Shown: positions 29,571 to 38,559 of the stretch, piece after piece
How positions within the stretch are numbered: the first letter of the stretch is position 1
Layout: every line of letters starts with the position of its first letter
From: Aggregicoccus sp. 17bor-14
Lineage (GTDB): Bacteria > Myxococcota > Myxococcia > Myxococcales > Myxococcaceae
Reading direction: 5' to 3'
Assembly (NCBI RefSeq): GCF_009659535.1
Contig: NZ_VJZZ01000003.1
Coordinates: 316,947-380,946 of the forward strand
DNA: 64,000 bases
Translations under genes and position numbers: made by a program
The notes under the pieces: model-generated
The model's input: only the letters and a program-made list of their open reading frames with translations
Told to the model about the DNA's origin: nothing
Databases searched by the model: none

Positions 29571-30894
29571 CCCCGAGCCGTTTCATCATCGTGCGCACCG
29601 TGCCGCCGGGGTCCTTCGCCGCGCCTCTGCCCACCTCACCGAGCAGCCGTGCAGCTTCTGCAGCATTGCCCCCGGCGCGCCGCAGCGCGGCCTGAAGCGC
29701 CACGCGCTCGAGCATCTCCAGCTCGGCGCGGAGGTTCATGCTCCCGGCCGCGACCTTTCGCTCCACCTCCTGCACGGAGACCACGCCCGTGCCCGCGCCT
29801 GCGCGCTCACGCCGCCACAGCCGGCGCGGGAGGTCCGACACCAGCAGCTCGTCGCCCGCGCGCTTGGCCACCAGCGCGCCGTAGATGACGTTGCGCAGCT
29901 CGCGGATGTTGCCGGGCCAGGGGTAGGCGCGCAGCACGTCGAGCGCCTCGGGCGTGGCGCCACGCACCCGCGGCCGCCCCTCCGTCACCTCCTCCTGCGC
30001 GTAGTAGCGCTCCATCCACTGCAGCACGAGCGGCTCCAGGTCCTCGGGGCGCTCGCGCAAGGGGGGCAGCTCGATCTGCACGGTGGACAGGCGCTCGTAC
30101 AGGTCGTCGCCGAAGGTGCCGCGCTCGATGAGCTTCTTCAGGTCGCGGTTCGTGGCCGCGAGGATGCGGAAGTCCACCTTGTGCCAGGTGCTCTCGCCGA
30201 GCCGCGACACCACCCGGTCCTCGAGCACGCGCAGGAGCTTCGTCTGCAGCGCGAGCGGCGTGTCGTCGATCTCGTCGAGGAACATGGTGCCGCCCTCGGC
30301 CGCCACCACGAGCCCGTCGTAGCTCTTCACCGCGCCGGAGAAGGCGCCCTTCGTGTAGCCGAACAGCTCGCCCTCCATCAGCTCGTTGGGGATGGCCGCG
30401 CAGTTGATGGGCACGAAGGTGCGCGCGCGCCGCTCGGACCACTGGTGGATGAGCCGCGCGGCCACCTCCTTGCCCGTCCCCGTCTCGCCCGTGAGCAGCA
30501 CCGGCATGCTGGTGCGCGCCGCCTGCGCGATGCGCGCGAGCAGCACCTTCGCCGCTGCGCTCCTCGCCGTGAAGGTCTCCGGCACCGGCGGCGCGAGCTC
30601 CTCCACGAGGCACTCGGAGAGCCGGCGCAGGAGCCGCGCCTCCCAGCCCTCGGCGCCCGTCCACAGCGCGTCCACCGCCCCCTGCTCCACCGCCGCGCGC
30701 AGCGCCTCCACGGGCAGGGGCCGCGCGCTCAGCCACACCCAGCGCCCCGCGGGCAGGCGCCCCGAGAGCCGCGCCTGCGCCGTGTGCACCACGTGCGCCC
30801 GCGCGCCCTCCTGCCCCAGCCGCCAGCCCGCCTGCTCGAGCCGCTGCCGCAGCTCGGGCCCCGGTGCGGCGCCCGTCCACTCGAGGATGTCCAT
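29554..30894 (-). CDS. Sigma-54-dependent transcriptional activator (bacterial enhancer-binding protein; unknown N-terminal sensory domain, AAA+ domain, C-terminal HTH)
   Basis: Walker A GETGTGKE, GAFTGA-like ELFGYTKGAFSGA, ESELFGH-type region, and a C-terminal Fis-type HTH. ATG at 30894 is in frame. Confidence 0.85.
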   Translation of the reverse strand: MDILEWTGAAPGPELRQRLEQAGWRLGQEGARAHVVHTAQARLSGRLPAGRWVWLSARPLPVEALRAAVEQGAVDALWTGAEGWEARLLRRLSECLVEELAPPVPETFTARSAAAKVLLARIAQAARTSMPVLLTGETGTGKEVAARLIHQWSERRARTFVPINCAAIPNELMEGELFGYTKGAFSGAVKSYDGLVVAAEGGTMFLDEIDDTPLALQTKLLRVLEDRVVSRLGESTWHKVDFRILAATNRDLKKLIERGTFGDDLYERLSTVQIELPPLRERPEDLEPLVLQWMERYYAQEEVTEGRPRVRGATPEALDVLRAYPWPGNIRELRNVIYGALVAKRAGDELLVSDLPRRLWRRERAGAGTGVVSVQEVERKVAAGSMNLRAELEMLERVALQAALRRAGGNAAEAARLLGEVGRGAAKDPGGTVRTMMKRLGVSGVG

Positions 30895-30975
30895 GCCCAC
30901 GAATTGAACACGGAAGCGACGCGATTCCAATCGCGTCCCGCTCGGACGAGGGCCCGGGTTCCGGGTACTTGGCCC

Positions 30976-30992
30976 TGGCCTGGGCGGTGCAA
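30976..30992 (+). promoter_or_regulatory. Candidate sigma-54 (-24/-12) promoter TGGCCT-N5-GTGCAA upstream of the flotillin gene
   Basis: GG at 30977-78 and GC at 30989-90, 12 nt apart, as in the TGGCAC-N5-TTGCA consensus. It is about 50 nt upstream of the ATG at 31043 and divergent from the EBP gene. Confidence 0.35.
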
Positions 30993-31042
30993 TCCAGGGG
31001 GGTAGCGCCGCGATCCTCGCGGCGCGCTGCAGAAGGAACTCC

Positions 31043-32959
31043 ATGGAACCCATCGTGCTGTTCGGCTTGCTGGCGTTGCTCGTGCTCCTGGTCGTGGCAG
31101 TGATGACGCTCAGCGGGCTGCAGGTCATCGGCGAGGACGAGAGCGGCCTGGTCATCCGCAAGTTCGGCGCGGCGCTGCCGCCGGGCCACATCGTCGCGCT
31201 CAACGGTGAGGCGGGCTACCAGGCGGAGATGCTGCCGCCGGGGTGGCACTTCGGCTACCCGTGGTTCCGCTTCAAGGTGGTGAAGGTGCCGGTGGTGCGC
31301 GTGCGCCCGGGCCACATCGCGCTCGTGGTGGCCAACGGCGGCGCCAACATCCCGCCCGAGCGGATCCTCGGCCGCGAGGTGGCGTGCGACAAGTTCCAGG
31401 ACGCGCGCCGCTTCCTGACCGGCGGCGGTGAGAAGGGCCGCCAGCTCGGCTTCCTCACCGCCGGTACCTACCGCATCAACCCCGCCCTCTTCACCGTCAT
31501 CACCCCGGAGAACGCGAAGAACTTCGAGCTCGGCCCGCGCGCGCTCGAGGTGTTCAAGGTGGAGGCGGACAAGGTCGGCATCGTGACCACCATGGACGGC
31601 AAGCCCATCCCCGCGGGTGACCTCGCGGGCGCCCCCGTGGAGGGCCACGACTCCTTCCAGAGCGCCCAGCGCTTCCTGGACGCCGGCGGCTGCCGCGGCC
31701 TGCAGGAGCAGGTGCTGCTCTCCGGCGCGTGGAACCTGAACCCGTGGTTCGCGCACGTGGAGCAGATCCCGATGACCGAGGTGCCCATCGGCTACGTGGG
31801 CGTGGTGGTGAGCTACGTGGGCCAGGAGCACGTGGACGTCTCGGGTGACGACTTCACCCACGGCGACCTGGTGGAGCGCGGCCGCAAGGGCGTGTGGATC
31901 GAGCCCCTGCTGCCCGGCAAGCACCCGCTCAACACCCGGGTGATGAAGGTGGAGCTCGTGCCGACGACCAACATCGTCCTCAACTGGGCCCAGCGCACCG
32001 AGCAGCACAAGTACGACGAGAAGCTCAGCCCCATCACCGTGCGCTCGCGCGACGGCTTCAGCTTCACGCTGGACGTCTCGCAGATCATCCACATCGGCAT
32101 GCGCCAGGCCCCGCGCGTCATCTCGCGCGTGGGCTCGATGCAGAACCTGGTGGACCACGTGCTGCAGCCCACCGTGGCCAACTACTTCCGCAACAGCGCG
32201 CAGCAGGTGACGGTGCTCGAGTTCCTCTCCGCCCGCACGGAGCGCCAGCGCGAGGCGTACGAGGCCATCCGCGGCGCCCTCAGCGCCTACGACGTCGAGT
32301 GCATCGACACCCTCATCGGTGACATCCAGCCTCCCGCGGAGCTGATGAAGACCCAGACGGACCGCAAGATCGCCGAGGAGCTGCAGCGCACGTACGAAGT
32401 CCAGCGGGAGGCCCAGATGCGGCGCCGCGAGCTGGAGCGCGAGACCAGCGTCGCGAACATGCAGGGCGAGGTGGTGCGCAGCGAGCAGATGGTGAGCATC
32501 AGCGCCAAGAACGCGCTCGCTGCGGCCGAGACGGCGAAGGGTGAGGCCGCCCGCACGCGCCTGCACGCCGAGGCCGAGGCGGATGCGATGCGCCAGCGCG
32601 CCGACGCCGAGGCCCATGCCCTGCGCCAGCGCGCCGAGGCCGAGGCCGCGGGCCAGCGCCTGCACGGCAGCGCCGAGGCGGAGGCCACCCGCCTGCTGGG
32701 TGACGCCAAGGCCGAGGCGTACCGCACCGGTGTGGCGGCCCTGGGTGGCCAGGCCTTCACCGCGGTGCAGCTCGCCACCGTGCTCGCCCAGCACGGCGTG
32801 AAGCTGGTGCCCGACATCGCGCTCGCGGGCGGCGAGGGGGGCGCGAGCGCGCAGCCGCTGCTCGGCGCGCTGGTGGCGAAGATGCTGCAGAACGGGGGCA
32901 CGCCCAACGTGCTGCAGCGCCCCGCCGCTGAGCTCTCGCCCAAGCGCGAGGAGGCGTAG
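31043..32959 (+). CDS. SPFH/Band-7 domain protein, flotillin-like (YqiK-type)
   Basis: N-terminal TM segment, SPFH domain, and a long C-terminal Ala/Glu-rich coiled coil with EA-repeat region. Confidence 0.85.
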   Translation: MEPIVLFGLLALLVLLVVAVMTLSGLQVIGEDESGLVIRKFGAALPPGHIVALNGEAGYQAEMLPPGWHFGYPWFRFKVVKVPVVRVRPGHIALVVANGGANIPPERILGREVACDKFQDARRFLTGGGEKGRQLGFLTAGTYRINPALFTVITPENAKNFELGPRALEVFKVEADKVGIVTTMDGKPIPAGDLAGAPVEGHDSFQSAQRFLDAGGCRGLQEQVLLSGAWNLNPWFAHVEQIPMTEVPIGYVGVVVSYVGQEHVDVSGDDFTHGDLVERGRKGVWIEPLLPGKHPLNTRVMKVELVPTTNIVLNWAQRTEQHKYDEKLSPITVRSRDGFSFTLDVSQIIHIGMRQAPRVISRVGSMQNLVDHVLQPTVANYFRNSAQQVTVLEFLSARTERQREAYEAIRGALSAYDVECIDTLIGDIQPPAELMKTQTDRKIAEELQRTYEVQREAQMRRRELERETSVANMQGEVVRSEQMVSISAKNALAAAETAKGEAARTRLHAEAEADAMRQRADAEAHALRQRAEAEAAGQRLHGSAEAEATRLLGDAKAEAYRTGVAALGGQAFTAVQLATVLAQHGVKLVPDIALAGGEGGASAQPLLGALVAKMLQNGGTPNVLQRPAAELSPKREEA

Positions 32960-33748
32960 TTGAGCGCGAGCGCCGCAGTGCTGCAGGCCCTGAAGAGGCT
33001 GCCCCGGGGGGCGGGGCCCGCGGCGCTGCGCGCGCTCGCGCCGCTGTTCGAGGAGGCCCTGGCGGAGACGGTGTCCGCCCGGGTGGAGCTGCACGAGGAG
33101 CTGGTGCGGGTGCTTGGCGCGGTGATGGCCGAGCGCACGCCCGCGACGCTGGAGGAGGCGGCGGGGGTGGCCACGGGGGTGGCGCCCGAGGTGCTGGAGG
33201 CCGAGCTGCTGCAGCTGCGCGCGGCGCAGGAGGGGCTGCGGGCAGCAGAAGGGGTGGAGCAGGTGCGGGCGCTGGAGGAGGCGGAGGCGGTGCTCGCCAC
33301 GACGGGCGCTGCCGCCCATACCCGCGCGCAGCTCGCACTGGCAGCTCAGGAGGTGCGGGAGCGGCTCGCGCGGGCGCTCTCGCGCGAGCACGCGCCGGTG
33401 ATGGTGACGGCGGAGGAGGCGCTCGCGGTGGCGCGCTGGCGGCTCGGGGTGGGGCCGGCTCCGCGCGGAGCGGCACTGCTGGAACTCGCGCGGGAGGTGG
33501 AGGGGCTGTGCGCGCGAGGGCCGGCAGTGGGAGAGGAGCGGGAGAGGCTGCGCGCGCTGGCCCGGCGCGCAGATGCGGAGCGGGAGCATCCCGGATGGCG
33601 CGCGCTCTTCGCGCGCATGCGTGACGTGCGGCCGAGGCTCGTGGGCGCTGTGCGACGGGTGCCGCTGTACGCGTCGCTGCAGCCGCCAGTGCGGGTACGG
33701 CCAGTGCAGTCCATGGAAGCGTTGTTCGACGAGGAGAAACGGTCGTGA
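32960..33748 (+). CDS. Hypothetical Ala/Glu-rich protein, co-transcribed with flotillin
   Basis: TTG start immediately after the flotillin TAG. Low-complexity sequence. Confidence 0.4.
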   Translation: MSASAAVLQALKRLPRGAGPAALRALAPLFEEALAETVSARVELHEELVRVLGAVMAERTPATLEEAAGVATGVAPEVLEAELLQLRAAQEGLRAAEGVEQVRALEEAEAVLATTGAAAHTRAQLALAAQEVRERLARALSREHAPVMVTAEEALAVARWRLGVGPAPRGAALLELAREVEGLCARGPAVGEERERLRALARRADAEREHPGWRALFARMRDVRPRLVGAVRRVPLYASLQPPVRVRPVQSMEALFDEEKRS

Positions 33749-34221
33749 CCGAGACGCGGTTGAGCAGTGCGATGACGTACGTCACCAAGTTCGTCCTTCC
33801 CATCGTAGGGGTGGCTGCAGGAAGCATCTGGGTGTGGCTGCTGTGGTTTCATGAAGATGGCTGGCAGCTCAACCGCCCCAGCCTCGGTTTCCGCGCCCTC
33901 TTCACGGCCCTGATGCTGCTCAGTGTCTCGCTGAGCTGGGTGTTCACCCGCCAGCTGAAGGCGGTCTTCCTCGTCGAGGGCGGCCTGCGCGTGAGTGACT
34001 TCCGTGAAGAGGTGTTCATCCCCTTCGAGGACATCGCGGAGGTGCGCGAACGGAAGCTCTCGAAGCACCGCGACATCCGGCTCGTGCTGCGCCAGCCCTG
34101 CCGCTTTGGGTCCCGCATCCGCTTCATCCCCTACACCCAGCACTTCCTCCTCTTCGGCGACCACCCGGTGGCCACGCTGCTGCGCGAGCGCGCGGGGCTC
34201 GTGGCGCCCAGCGCGAGCTGA
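33745..34221 (+). CDS. Hypothetical membrane protein (2 TM)
   Basis: GTG overlaps the upstream TGA (GTGA). Confidence 0.5.
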   Translation: MTETRLSSAMTYVTKFVLPIVGVAAGSIWVWLLWFHEDGWQLNRPSLGFRALFTALMLLSVSLSWVFTRQLKAVFLVEGGLRVSDFREEVFIPFEDIAEVRERKLSKHRDIRLVLRQPCRFGSRIRFIPYTQHFLLFGDHPVATLLRERAGLVAPSAS

Positions 34222-34275
34222 AGGCCGCGTCCCTTACGCTGGTCCTCTCTCACTCAACTATGGGATGAATCGGCC

Positions 34276-34827
34276 ATGTACCGGGTTGATGATCGTGACG
34301 TCGTGGTTCCGCTGACGGATGCGCCCCAGTCCAACGTGGGTGCACCACTGCCGCACGTGCTCCAATCCGGCCACGGGTTCCTCCTCGCCTACTACATGCA
34401 CGAGCGTGACCCGCACTGGGACGGGTCCTATGCGCGCATGGTCGATGCCGAGACGAACGAGGACCCCGTCGCGCTGGTCCAGTTCGACCTCGCGAGGGCC
34501 ACCTACTTCGGCGCTCCGAACGACGAGGCCTTCGAGGGGCATCCGCTTGCCGCGCGCGGACTGCGACCCTACGGCGCATACGAGGTTCGTGATTCGTCCT
34601 GGATCCGCGCGCTGGAGCGGATGAACTCGGTGCACCGCGCGCACTCACCGAAGATGTTCGAAAACCTCCGCCACTTCATCTTCGCCTTCCACGACGAAGT
34701 CTTCGAGTGCGTCGCTCGTGGTGTCTCGTGGTCCATCCATCCGGGTCCGCTCAAGAGCCTCCTTCCGGAGATGCAGGCGAGGCTGCGCTCATGCCCTCGA
34801 CCTTCCCATGCGCACCCGTCCGGGTGA
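34276..34827 (+). CDS. Hypothetical protein in a lower-GC islet
   Basis: ATG start. Local GC is about 62% versus about 72% in the flanks. No recognisable motifs. Confidence 0.5.
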   Translation: MYRVDDRDVVVPLTDAPQSNVGAPLPHVLQSGHGFLLAYYMHERDPHWDGSYARMVDAETNEDPVALVQFDLARATYFGAPNDEAFEGHPLAARGLRPYGAYEVRDSSWIRALERMNSVHRAHSPKMFENLRHFIFAFHDEVFECVARGVSWSIHPGPLKSLLPEMQARLRSCPRPSHAHPSG

Positions 34828-35201
34828 CGAGCAGCGACGAGGTATCCGCGTGGTGGGCCGCGCGCCGGCGGCACTACAACTTCGGCCTCGTCATCGCCGG
34901 ACTCGCGGCCTTCGTGCTCTACGTGGCCGTCGTCATCGTCAAGATCGCGCCCGTGGATCCCGAGGCCGAGGTGACGCTGTTCACCACGGCCGCTCAGGGG
35001 ATGGGTTACCTCTTGATGATGGGCATCGCGAACCTCTGCTACGGGCTGGGACCGCTGCTCGAGAGGCGCCTCGCTCCGGCGGATGTGCAGCGCTTTCGCC
35101 GCCGCGCGTATGCGCTGGGCTTCGGCTTCTCCGTCGCGCTGCCCTTCTGCATCCCGCTGCTGCTGTGCGTCCTGCCGGTGGTTCCCGCCGAGCCCATGTG
35201 A
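34824..35201 (+). CDS. Small membrane protein (3 TM), coupled to the upstream gene
   Basis: GTG overlaps the TGA of the previous gene; ATG at 34791 is an alternative start. Confidence 0.45.
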   Translation: MTSSDEVSAWWAARRRHYNFGLVIAGLAAFVLYVAVVIVKIAPVDPEAEVTLFTTAAQGMGYLLMMGIANLCYGLGPLLERRLAPADVQRFRRRAYALGFGFSVALPFCIPLLLCVLPVVPAEPM

Positions 35202-35221
35202 CGCGGGCTGGAACGCTCTTC

Positions 35222-35257
35222 CCTCACCCTTTCCCTCTCCCAGAGGGAGAGGGGACG
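35222..35257 (-). repeat. Palindromic intergenic repeat element (copy 2, reverse orientation): CCCTCACCC..CCCTCTCCC-AGA-GGGAGAGGG
   Basis: A 9-bp perfect stem with a 3-nt loop plus a GGTGAGGG arm. It is near-identical to 57351..57390 and half-matched at 22065..22085, and lies between convergent genes. Confidence 0.6.
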
Positions 35258-35262
35258 GATGC

Positions 35263-36675
35263 TCAGTGCGTGCCCTCGGTGCCCGAGGCCTGGCCGCGCT
35301 CGTCGGTGAGGCGCTCGTCGGGGTCCGGGCGGCGCTCGCGCATGGTGACGAACTCCTCGGCCGCCGTGGGGTGGACGCCGATGGTCTTGTCCAGCTGCTG
35401 CTTCGTCAGCCCGCAGCGCAGCGCCACCGCGAAGCCCTGGATGACCTCCGGCGCATCGGCCCCCACCATGTGGAAGCCGAGCACCTTCTGGCTCGCGCGC
35501 TCCACCACCAGCTTCATCAGCGCGCGCTCGTTGCGTCCCGAGAGCGTGTGCTTCAGGGGCCGGAAGGTGGAGACGTAGACGTCCACCTCGCCGCAGCGCG
35601 CGCGCGCCTCGCGCTCCGTGAAGCCCACGCACGCGAGCGGCGGCTGGCTGAATACCGCTGAAGGCACCATCGTGTGATCCGTGGGCGTGGGCTGCTTGCG
35701 GAACAGCGTGTCCGCCAGCGCCCGCCCCTCGGCAATGGCCACCGGCGTGAGGTTGAGCCGGTCCGTCACGTCCCCCACCGCGTAGATGCTCGGCACCGAG
35801 GTGCGCGACCACTCGTCCACGCACACCGCCCCGCGCGCATCCAGCTTCACCCCCACCTCCGCGAGCCCCAGGTCCTGCGTCTTGGGCACCCGCCCCGTCG
35901 CGCACAGCACGTGGTCCGCCTCGAGCACGTCTCCGCCGCGCACCATCACGCTCACGCCGTCGCCGCGCTTCTCGATGTCGCGCACGCCGGTGTCCACGTG
36001 CAGGTCGATGCCCCGCTTGCGCAGCTCGCCCGTGAGGAAGGCGCGCAGGTCCTCGTCGAAGCCCGTGAGCACCGTGGGGCCGCGAAGGATGAGCGACACC
36101 TTCGTCCCCAGCCCCTGGAACACCCCCGCGAGCTCCACGCCGATGTAGCCGCCCCCCACGATGACGAGCCGGCGCGGCAGCGCCGGGAGGCTCAGCGCCT
36201 CGTCCGAGGTGATGGCGTGCTCGATGCCCGGCACCTCGGGCAGGAAGGGCCGGGAGCCGGTGGCCACCAGGATGTTCTCCGCGGTGTAGCGCTGTCCCTC
36301 CACCTCCACGGTGTGCGCGTCCACCACCCGTCCCCGCCCCTTCACCACCGTCACGCCCGCGTCGCGCACCAACCGGCCGTACACATCCTCCAGCCGGTGC
36401 AGCTCCTGCTTCTTTGCCGCCTGCAGCGCCGCCCAGTCGAAGGTGGGCGCGTCCACGCGCCAGCCGAAGCCCGCCGCGTCTTCGAAGTCGTGGTGGAAGT
36501 GCGAGGCGTAGACCAGCAGCTTCTTCGGGATGCAGCCGCGGTGCACGCAGGTGCCGCCCAGCTCCTGTACCTCGCACAGGGCCACCCGCGCGCCTGCGGC
36601 CCCCGCCCTGCGGCTCGCCGCGACGCCGCCCGAGCCGCCGCCGAGGGTGAAGAGGTCGAAGTCGTAGGCCGCCAC
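35263..36675 (-). CDS. gor: Glutathione-disulfide reductase (class I pyridine nucleotide-disulfide oxidoreductase)
   Basis: GGGSGG FAD motif, redox centre GGTCVHRGCIPKK, NAD(P) GGGYIG, and a C-terminal HPT dimerisation motif. Confidence 0.85.
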   Translation of the reverse strand: MAAYDFDLFTLGGGSGGVAASRRAGAAGARVALCEVQELGGTCVHRGCIPKKLLVYASHFHHDFEDAAGFGWRVDAPTFDWAALQAAKKQELHRLEDVYGRLVRDAGVTVVKGRGRVVDAHTVEVEGQRYTAENILVATGSRPFLPEVPGIEHAITSDEALSLPALPRRLVIVGGGYIGVELAGVFQGLGTKVSLILRGPTVLTGFDEDLRAFLTGELRKRGIDLHVDTGVRDIEKRGDGVSVMVRGGDVLEADHVLCATGRVPKTQDLGLAEVGVKLDARGAVCVDEWSRTSVPSIYAVGDVTDRLNLTPVAIAEGRALADTLFRKQPTPTDHTMVPSAVFSQPPLACVGFTEREARARCGEVDVYVSTFRPLKHTLSGRNERALMKLVVERASQKVLGFHMVGADAPEVIQGFAVALRCGLTKQQLDKTIGVHPTAAEEFVTMRERRPDPDERLTDERGQASGTEGTH

Positions 36676-36689
36676 GGTTGCCTCCCCTT

Positions 36690-37679
36690 TCAGCGCGTGT
36701 CGCCCGAGAGCCCTGCGCTCGCCACCCCGAGCAGCGCCGCGCGCGGGTGCAGGATGACGTGCACCGGGAGCCGGTGCATGAAGGCCTTGAAGCGCCCCTT
36801 GTCACAGAAGGTCCGCAGGAAGCGTCCGTCCTGCAGCATCGACTGCAGGTGCAGCGACATCCCGCCGCCCAGGTACACCCCACCCGTGGCGAGCGCGGTG
36901 AGGGCGAGGTTGCCCGCGACCGCGCCCAGGATGTCCACCATCAGCTCCAGCGCCCGGCGGCTCAGGGGGTCCGGCGTGCTGTCCATCCCCGCCTGCACGA
37001 TGAGCGGCGTGCGGTCCTCCACGTCCGCGAGCAGGCGCGCGAGCTGCGGGCTCTCGCGCGCCTCGCCGCGCTCGCGCAGGAAGGTGTAGAGGTCCGGCAC
37101 CGCCATGCCCGAGCACACCCGCTCGTAGCTCACGTGCCCGTGGCGCGCCTCCATCCACGCGAGCAGCTCGCGCTGGAGCGCGCCCTGGGCGCCGAAGTCG
37201 GTGTGCCCGCCCTCCGAGGGGTGCGCGTGGTAGCGGTGCCCGTCCCACGTGAGGTAGGCCTGCCCCAGCCCCGTGCCGGGCGCGACCACCGCGATGGCGC
37301 CCCCGGGCACCGGCGCCCCCGCGTTCACCGGGGCCAGGTCCGTGGGGCGCAGCAGCGGCACCGCGCGAGCCACCGCCGCCAGGTCGTTCATCAGCCGCAC
37401 CGAGCGCAGCCCCAGCGCGGAGGCCAGCTGCTCCTCGTCCAGCACCCAGGGCAGGTTCGTCACGTTCGCCCGCCCGCTCACCACGGGGCCGGGCACCGCG
37501 AACACCGCCCGGGTCACGGGCTGCTGCGCCTGGGCGAGGAAGGCCTGCACCAGCGCCTCGAGGCTCGCGTAGTCGCCGCTGGGCAGGCGCGCCTCGGCGA
37601 GCGCCGCGTGCGGGCCGGACTCCTCGGCGAAGACCGCGAGGTCGGTCTTCGTTCCGCCAATGTCTGCGACCAGCAGCAT
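36690..37679 (-). CDS. glk: Glucokinase
   Basis: MLLVADIGGTKTDLAV N-terminal ATPase motif of the glucokinase family. About 320 aa. Confidence 0.8.
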   Translation of the reverse strand: MLLVADIGGTKTDLAVFAEESGPHAALAEARLPSGDYASLEALVQAFLAQAQQPVTRAVFAVPGPVVSGRANVTNLPWVLDEEQLASALGLRSVRLMNDLAAVARAVPLLRPTDLAPVNAGAPVPGGAIAVVAPGTGLGQAYLTWDGHRYHAHPSEGGHTDFGAQGALQRELLAWMEARHGHVSYERVCSGMAVPDLYTFLRERGEARESPQLARLLADVEDRTPLIVQAGMDSTPDPLSRRALELMVDILGAVAGNLALTALATGGVYLGGGMSLHLQSMLQDGRFLRTFCDKGRFKAFMHRLPVHVILHPRAALLGVASAGLSGDTR

Positions 37680-37871
37680 CCAGGGGGCTCTCTTTCAGGT
37701 GCCGCGCGGGCGGCGCCCGTGCCCTCGATGTAGTGAGCCGGTGCCCCGCTGACGAGCCCTCGGGCAGGCGCATGACCGGCAGAGGACGCCTGCTCGCAGC
37801 CCCCGCAGGCGCCGCCCGTCCCCGGCCCCATCCTGCCCCCGCCCCGGCCCCGGGCAGGGCATGCTGGGGCC

Positions 37872-38471
37872 ATGGCCACCGCCCACCGCCCACCGCAGGT
37901 CGTGCTCGTCCGCCACGGGGAGACCGAGTGGAGCCGCACGCTGCAGCACACCGGCCTCACCGACCTCCCCCTGCTGGAGGAGGGCCGGCGCATGGGGCGC
38001 GCGCTCGCGGGGCCCCTGGGAGCGTGGCGCTTCGCGGCGGTGTGGACCAGCCCCCTGCGCCGCGCCGAGGAGACCTGCGCGCTCGCGGGCTACGGGGACG
38101 TGGCGCACACGCGCGCGGGGCTGCGCGAGTGGGATTACGGCGCCTACGAGGGGCGCACGGGGGCGCAGATCCGCGCCGAGCGCCCGGGCTGGAACCTCTG
38201 GGAGCACGGGGTGCCGGAGGGCGAGACGCTCGCCCAGGTGGCGGCGCGCGCGGACGCGGTCATCGCCGAGGCGCGCGCACTGCAGGGCGACGTGCTGCTC
38301 TTCAGCCACGGGCACCTGCTGCGCGTGCTCGCGGTGCGCTGGCTGGGGCTGCCACCTGCCTGCGGAGGCCTGCTCGCGCTGGGCACCGCCTCCATCAGCG
38401 TGCTCGCGTGGGATGCGTCCGGGGAGCGCCCCGTGCTCGAGCGCTGGAACGACACCACCCACTGGCGGTGA
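37872..38471 (+). CDS. Histidine phosphatase family protein (phosphoglycerate-mutase-like)
   Basis: LVRHGETEWS catalytic RHG motif, with a second His in LLFSHGHLLR. Confidence 0.75.
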   Translation: MATAHRPPQVVLVRHGETEWSRTLQHTGLTDLPLLEEGRRMGRALAGPLGAWRFAAVWTSPLRRAEETCALAGYGDVAHTRAGLREWDYGAYEGRTGAQIRAERPGWNLWEHGVPEGETLAQVAARADAVIAEARALQGDVLLFSHGHLLRVLAVRWLGLPPACGGLLALGTASISVLAWDASGERPVLERWNDTTHWR

Positions 38472-38559
38472 GGGAAGGTGCTCCCCTCCTGCGCCCCATC
38501 GCACCCACACACGCACTCCCTTTGCCAACGGACCGAACCCGCGCTTGAGTGCGCGCCCC

